Source of the DNA: the human T2T-CHM13v2.0 reference genome, Homo sapiens
DNA: 64,000 nt
Assembly (NCBI RefSeq): GCF_009914755.1
Contig: NC_060946.1
Reading direction: 5' to 3' (one strand)
The notes beneath the pieces are model-generated. The model was not told the origin of the DNA, made no database searches, and was given only the letters and a program-made list of their open reading frames with translations. Both the position numbers and the translations under genes were made by a program. Positions 58,601 through 64,000 of this stretch are shown here, piece after piece (the first letter of the stretch is position 1; every line of letters starts with the position of its first letter).

Positions 58601-59284
58601 TTAGGATCTGGGCAGAGCAGAGATACCCTTCTCGCCTCTACCACGAGGCTGCTGTTTGTTAGGACGCTCACTAAAGGCCAGGGCCTCTGCGAAGTGGTTA
58701 TCCTCACATGTCACTCTGCAGCAAGCACTGCTGGTAGCCCCATTCCTCAGACAGGGAAAGTGAGGCTTCCAGAGGTTAAAGAGTTTGCCAACGTGCACTC
58801 TGGTGAGGGGAGGATCTGGGATTCTAGAGTCCATACTCCAATCCATATACTATCCACCATCTGATTACCGGCCTTAGCCGCCTCCCTGCATACCCTGGAG
58901 GAAGGGCGAGGACCCAGCAGCCACCTGCAGGCATCCTCCACCTCTCCCCTCCCCCAGCACTCCCAGGGCTCACCATGCTGGGCTGCCTCCTGGGGCCCTG
59001 TGCAGAATCCACCTGCCCCACCACTGGAAACAGGGGGTGCCAGAGCCCAGGAGGCAATGGGGTGGGAAGATGGGCACATTGAGGACCGGGAACCAATGCA
59101 GGGCTGAGGGAGTGCAAGAGGAAGCCCTTCTCTGCCTGGGACATGCAAGGCAGGCAGACTCCCTGAGCTGGGCCTTAAGGGGAGAGGTAGGGTTTCCCAG
59201 GCTGAGCTGGCTGGAAGGGCATCCCAAGCAGAGGGAACAGAGACAGCAAAGGTCAGGACTGCAAGGCAGGTGGGAGCAGCACAC

Positions 59285-59402
59285 CGTCTGTGGATAGGAG
59301 AGCGGCCGGAGACGGTCGTAGTCCTCCTGCCCAGCAGTGTCCCACAGCCCCAGGTTCACTGGCTTGCTGTCCACCATCACATTGGCTGAATAGTTGTCAA
59401 AC
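59285..59402 (-). CDS. RAC2: Rac2 exon 3 (switch I end, switch II)
   Basis: [39 protein letters not shown]; AG/GT flanks; 118 nt. Confidence 0.98.
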
Positions 59403-59713
59403 CTGTGGGGAGCAGGCAAGGCGGAGGTAAGGTCAATCTCAAACCCCAGAACCTGGGAATTGTGGTCCAGCTCCATGTCATTCCTCGGAGGCTGAGACCT
59501 AGAGACAGTCTGCGACTGGCCCAAAGTCACACAGCATTTGCAATTGGGTTTCTTTATTTGTTTCATTACTGATTCATTATATTTTTTAAAAATGTAATAC
59601 AAGTTAACAAGAAGAAAAAAAGATTGTCTCTTAATCCTTTTCCTACCCGTACCTGTCCTTTGGAAAGGTAATTGAGGCTGTGTAACTTTTCCTCCCAGTC
59701 TTGATGAGAATAA

Positions 59714-60082
<369 letters not shown>

Positions 60083-60097
60083 TGAATGTTCATCCCG

Positions 60098-60450
60098 TCT
60101 CAGGCTGGGTCCCCCCAGAAGCAAACCCTGAGACAAGGAGGTGATGTGAGGGGTTTATTCGGGAAGTGACTCCAGGATGCTGCAGAAGGGGAGTGGGGAG
60201 GAATAAAGGAGGGGACAGCAGCTGACACAGGGCAGGTGGTTGAGTTGTCATGGCTGTGGACTGCTGCTGCTCTCAGTCCTGCTGGGGCCACCTGGGAGAC
60301 AGAACGGACCGTGCTCAGGGCGTCCCCAGAGAAGGCAGGAAGCTAGGGTGCTGTCATTCATCTCCCATCTTCCAGGGAAAGAGGGCTGCTTCCGGGGCCT
60401 TTCAGCCCACCCCAGAGTGTGCGTGAAAGCTGTTAGTCACTGGCCATGGG
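60098..60450 (-). mobile_element. ERVL-class LTR remnant (LTR16/LTR33-like)
   Basis: TCTCAGGCTGGGTCCCCCCAGAAGCAAACCCTGAGACAAGGA...GTTTATTCGGGAAGTGA. Confidence 0.6.
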
Positions 60451-63254
60451 AAGGGCCACGGCAAACGGTAGAAAGACACATGCTGCCGAGGAGATGGTGT
60501 GAGGCACTGACCTTGACTCCCAATGTCTCCCGCCAGACCCAGAGAGCCCTGCAGGGCCATCGAACGAGCCTCCAGATGCACTTGCTAGGCACCTACTATG
60601 CATCGGGTGCAGAGCCAGCGCTGGGGCCACCAAGGAGTACATGCCTGATCCTGCCCCCACAGCTGGCGGAAGGCCAGACACGGGGTGAGGGGCCTGACAA
60701 ATATCAGAGACGGGGAAGCCCAACGAATGCTGGGAGGGCCATCCCAGGGCTCCAAGCTCGGAATAGGGGAGGTTTTGCAAGCCAGTTCTTGCTACACACA
60801 TCCCCGCGAGGAAGGTGCTGGCTACCCACGCTGTGGAAGGGAAAACTTGGCTCAGAGAGATGCAGTGACTTGCCCAAGGCCACACAGCCAGTGAGTGACC
60901 CAACTAGGTAAGAAACCAGAAACCAGTGACCACGACCAGTGCTCACTGCCCCAGGCCACAGCTGTGCCTCCGGGAATGCCCTCACCGCCTGCCCCTGAGG
61001 GTTAGGGAATCACTGTCACTTTTCCCGCTGTGGTCCCCCACACAGGCCCTGACCTGGTCCACTGAGACCTCCGGCTCCTCTGACTTCTCCTCCTACTCCT
61101 CCCCTCGCACACCAGCCAAGCCGTTTCCCGGGAAAGGCTCACACTGCCCACCTCCCTGTGCTGGTCCACACAAAGCCCCTGCCCAGAATGTCCTTCCCAC
61201 CTTAGCTGTCCATATGTTCTCACCAACCTGGCCTCTGGCCCCCACACCCTCCAGGCTGCCCAGCCCTCCAAGCCTTTGATCCTGTCTGTATCTCCCTCTG
61301 GAATACGCTTCCAGCCCCATTTCACTCCCAACTTCTATTCATGCTTCAAAACCCTGCCCAGACAAGTCCTCCTCTCTGGCGGAGCTTCGTCGTCCTCTAC
61401 CTGTAAAGAGCCCATGGTTCCCTCTCTCAGGTGACTACTTTGCCTGGACCATGAGCAGGCACTTGGTGAGTCTCCACCCCTTCAAGGGCTGTGGGTTCTG
61501 TGTGGGCCAGGCCGATGCCTGCTTATTCTCCACAGTCTCAGGCCTGTCACCCAGTGAATGCAGGTGGAAGGGAATTAAACCACCTCCTCCAGGAAGTCCT
61601 CAGAGAACGCTACTCAATGTTAGGCTGCAGAAGCGCTAACACTTCAGAGTAACACAAAAGACACCTCTCCTGAGAGGAGTCCCCCACACCCCCAAAAAGT
61701 GGGCAGCCCAGCCTTTTTAATACACTTTGCCTGTCCAGCCCTGGACAGAATTCCTGGTTACCTCTCAGTTCCTCAAACGGCCCTGTTCCCGCCTGTCTGG
61801 AAAGTGCCTGCAAACAGTGGCCCCTGACTTCCCACTCTCCTTCCTCTCTCCCTTCTCTTCCTCCCCACTGCCAGGCTGGCTGACTTTTACTCATCCCTCC
61901 AGCCCCTGCTCAATGTCACCTCCTCCAAGAAGCCTTTCCTGACTTCCAGCCATGTCGGGGCTACCACCCCACCTAAACCAGCACTCCTTGGGGAACTCAG
62001 CATCCCAGGTGGCAGGCACTAAGCCTCATTTGTTTGCCGCTGCACCCTGGGGCCAGCCCGCGGTCTGGTGCACAGCAGGTGCTGGCGTGCACCTACTCTG
62101 GGTACCACCTACACTGCTGTGGGATTTCAGGAAGAAGGCGCTGTCCAGGGAGACACAGTGAGGCATGATGGGAAAAGCCACACCTGTGTTGTTTTTCCAG
62201 TTTTGACCAGAAACACACTTTTGGGAAATGCTTGGACACTCTCTCCTCTAATGTCCAGCCACAGTGCTAGTGCCAAGAAGCCCCACAAGATTCACCTGTC
62301 TCCTCTGGGTCATCCCTGGAATCTCAGGGCCACGGTGATGGGGAAAGAGCTGGGACCTTGAGAAGCAACAGCCACCTTCTCTGAGGCCAGGCAGGGGGCT
62401 GAGGGTCTTTGTATGTTAGGTCTTGAAGTCTCATGTGATCCAAGACAAAAGGATCTTAAGTTACCCCCATTAGACAGATGAGGAAACTGAGGCCTGAAGA
62501 GGTCAAGGACCTTTCTTGTTGGGCGGGAACACAGAGTTCCTTGGGAAGCCAGGACATCCTGGCTGTGTGACCCTGGGTGAGTGACCTAACTTCTCTGAGC
62601 CTCAATCTCTTTAATGTGGAGGGGAAAATACCTATTTCTTGGAGCCATTAGGAGAATCCAAAAAAACAGAGGATGTTCAAGCCACCCCACTGGGAGATGC
62701 TGAGAAGCTAAGCAGTCTCATTTTCCATGTCCCCAAATGCCCCTGCCACAGGGCCCCTCCCCAGAGGACCAGAGGGACAGGTGCAGGAATGTGTCAATGG
62801 TGTGACACCCCTGAGGGTCCCCCTTACTTAAGAGACCCACAGGCAGCCAGGACCAGAGAGGAACCTTATGCACAGACCACCATGGGCAACCCTCACCCCA
62901 TTTTCCGGATGAAGAAATTGAGGCTTACAGAGAGGAAGGGACTTGCCCAAGATCTCCCAGCCAGTGGGTGGCAGAGCAAGGCTAGATCCTGTTACCCAAT
63001 TCAGAAAGGCCCACATGGTAAGCATCGCTGCTATTTCATGGCTGGAAATGGAGTTGGAGAGAGCAGAGACCATGTTTTCATCTAGTGCCTGTAGAACTCT
63101 GAGGCCTGGCCCTAGAATGGAGTGGAGGAGGGGAATGGGGCAGGTGGAAGGGGCCCCAGCACCCAGGTATCACCTGACCACCACCGAAGCCCACCCCCAC
63201 GGAGGAAGGATGGAGCATTCAAGGAACCCAGAGACCACAGGGCACGCATGGCTA

Positions 63255-63824
<570 letters not shown>

Positions 63825-64000
63825 CTATTGGTTGAAAGATGAAGGCAGCTGGAGGTGTCACGGGGCAGGGAGAGGTGGAGCAGGAGGGAACAGAATACCC
63901 AACAGAAGGGGTGCCTGAGCTAAGGCAGAGGCTTGAGCCACTGGACATCATGAGGCACCCACACACACAGCGGCAGGAGCAGGGATGGGGCTGCCGAGAG

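Overview
Human (primate) genomic DNA. The gene content identifies it as the 22q12.3-q13.1 IL2RB-upstream / C1QTNF6 / SSTR3 / RAC2 interval. All genes are on the minus strand. C1QTNF6 is complete (3 coding exons, 278 aa). SSTR3 is complete (single coding exon, 418 aa, plus an upstream non-coding exon). RAC2 exons 3-7 are present; exons 1-2 lie beyond the window end. There is also a dead RPL39 retrocopy. Repeats include a solo THE1D-type LTR pointing toward IL2RB (probably the known placental alternative promoter), a ~7.3 kb two-LTR MER41B-type provirus with STAT (GAS) sites, a second THE1 LTR, MLT1, MER34, MER44 and MER5 elements, many Alus, and a 1.4 kb G-rich VNTR in RAC2 intron 5. No new protein-coding system is supported: nearly all other ORFs in the track are Alu, VNTR or GC-rich noise. 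The most interesting signals are cis-regulatory. LTRs appear to supply a promoter, candidate STAT enhancers and the RAC2 poly(A) site. Three motif-bearing tandem arrays, a spliced SSTR3 uORF and a tRNA-like/B-box segment inside the provirus also merit checking. Repeat subfamily names come from recalled consensus sequences and need RepeatMasker/Dfam confirmation.
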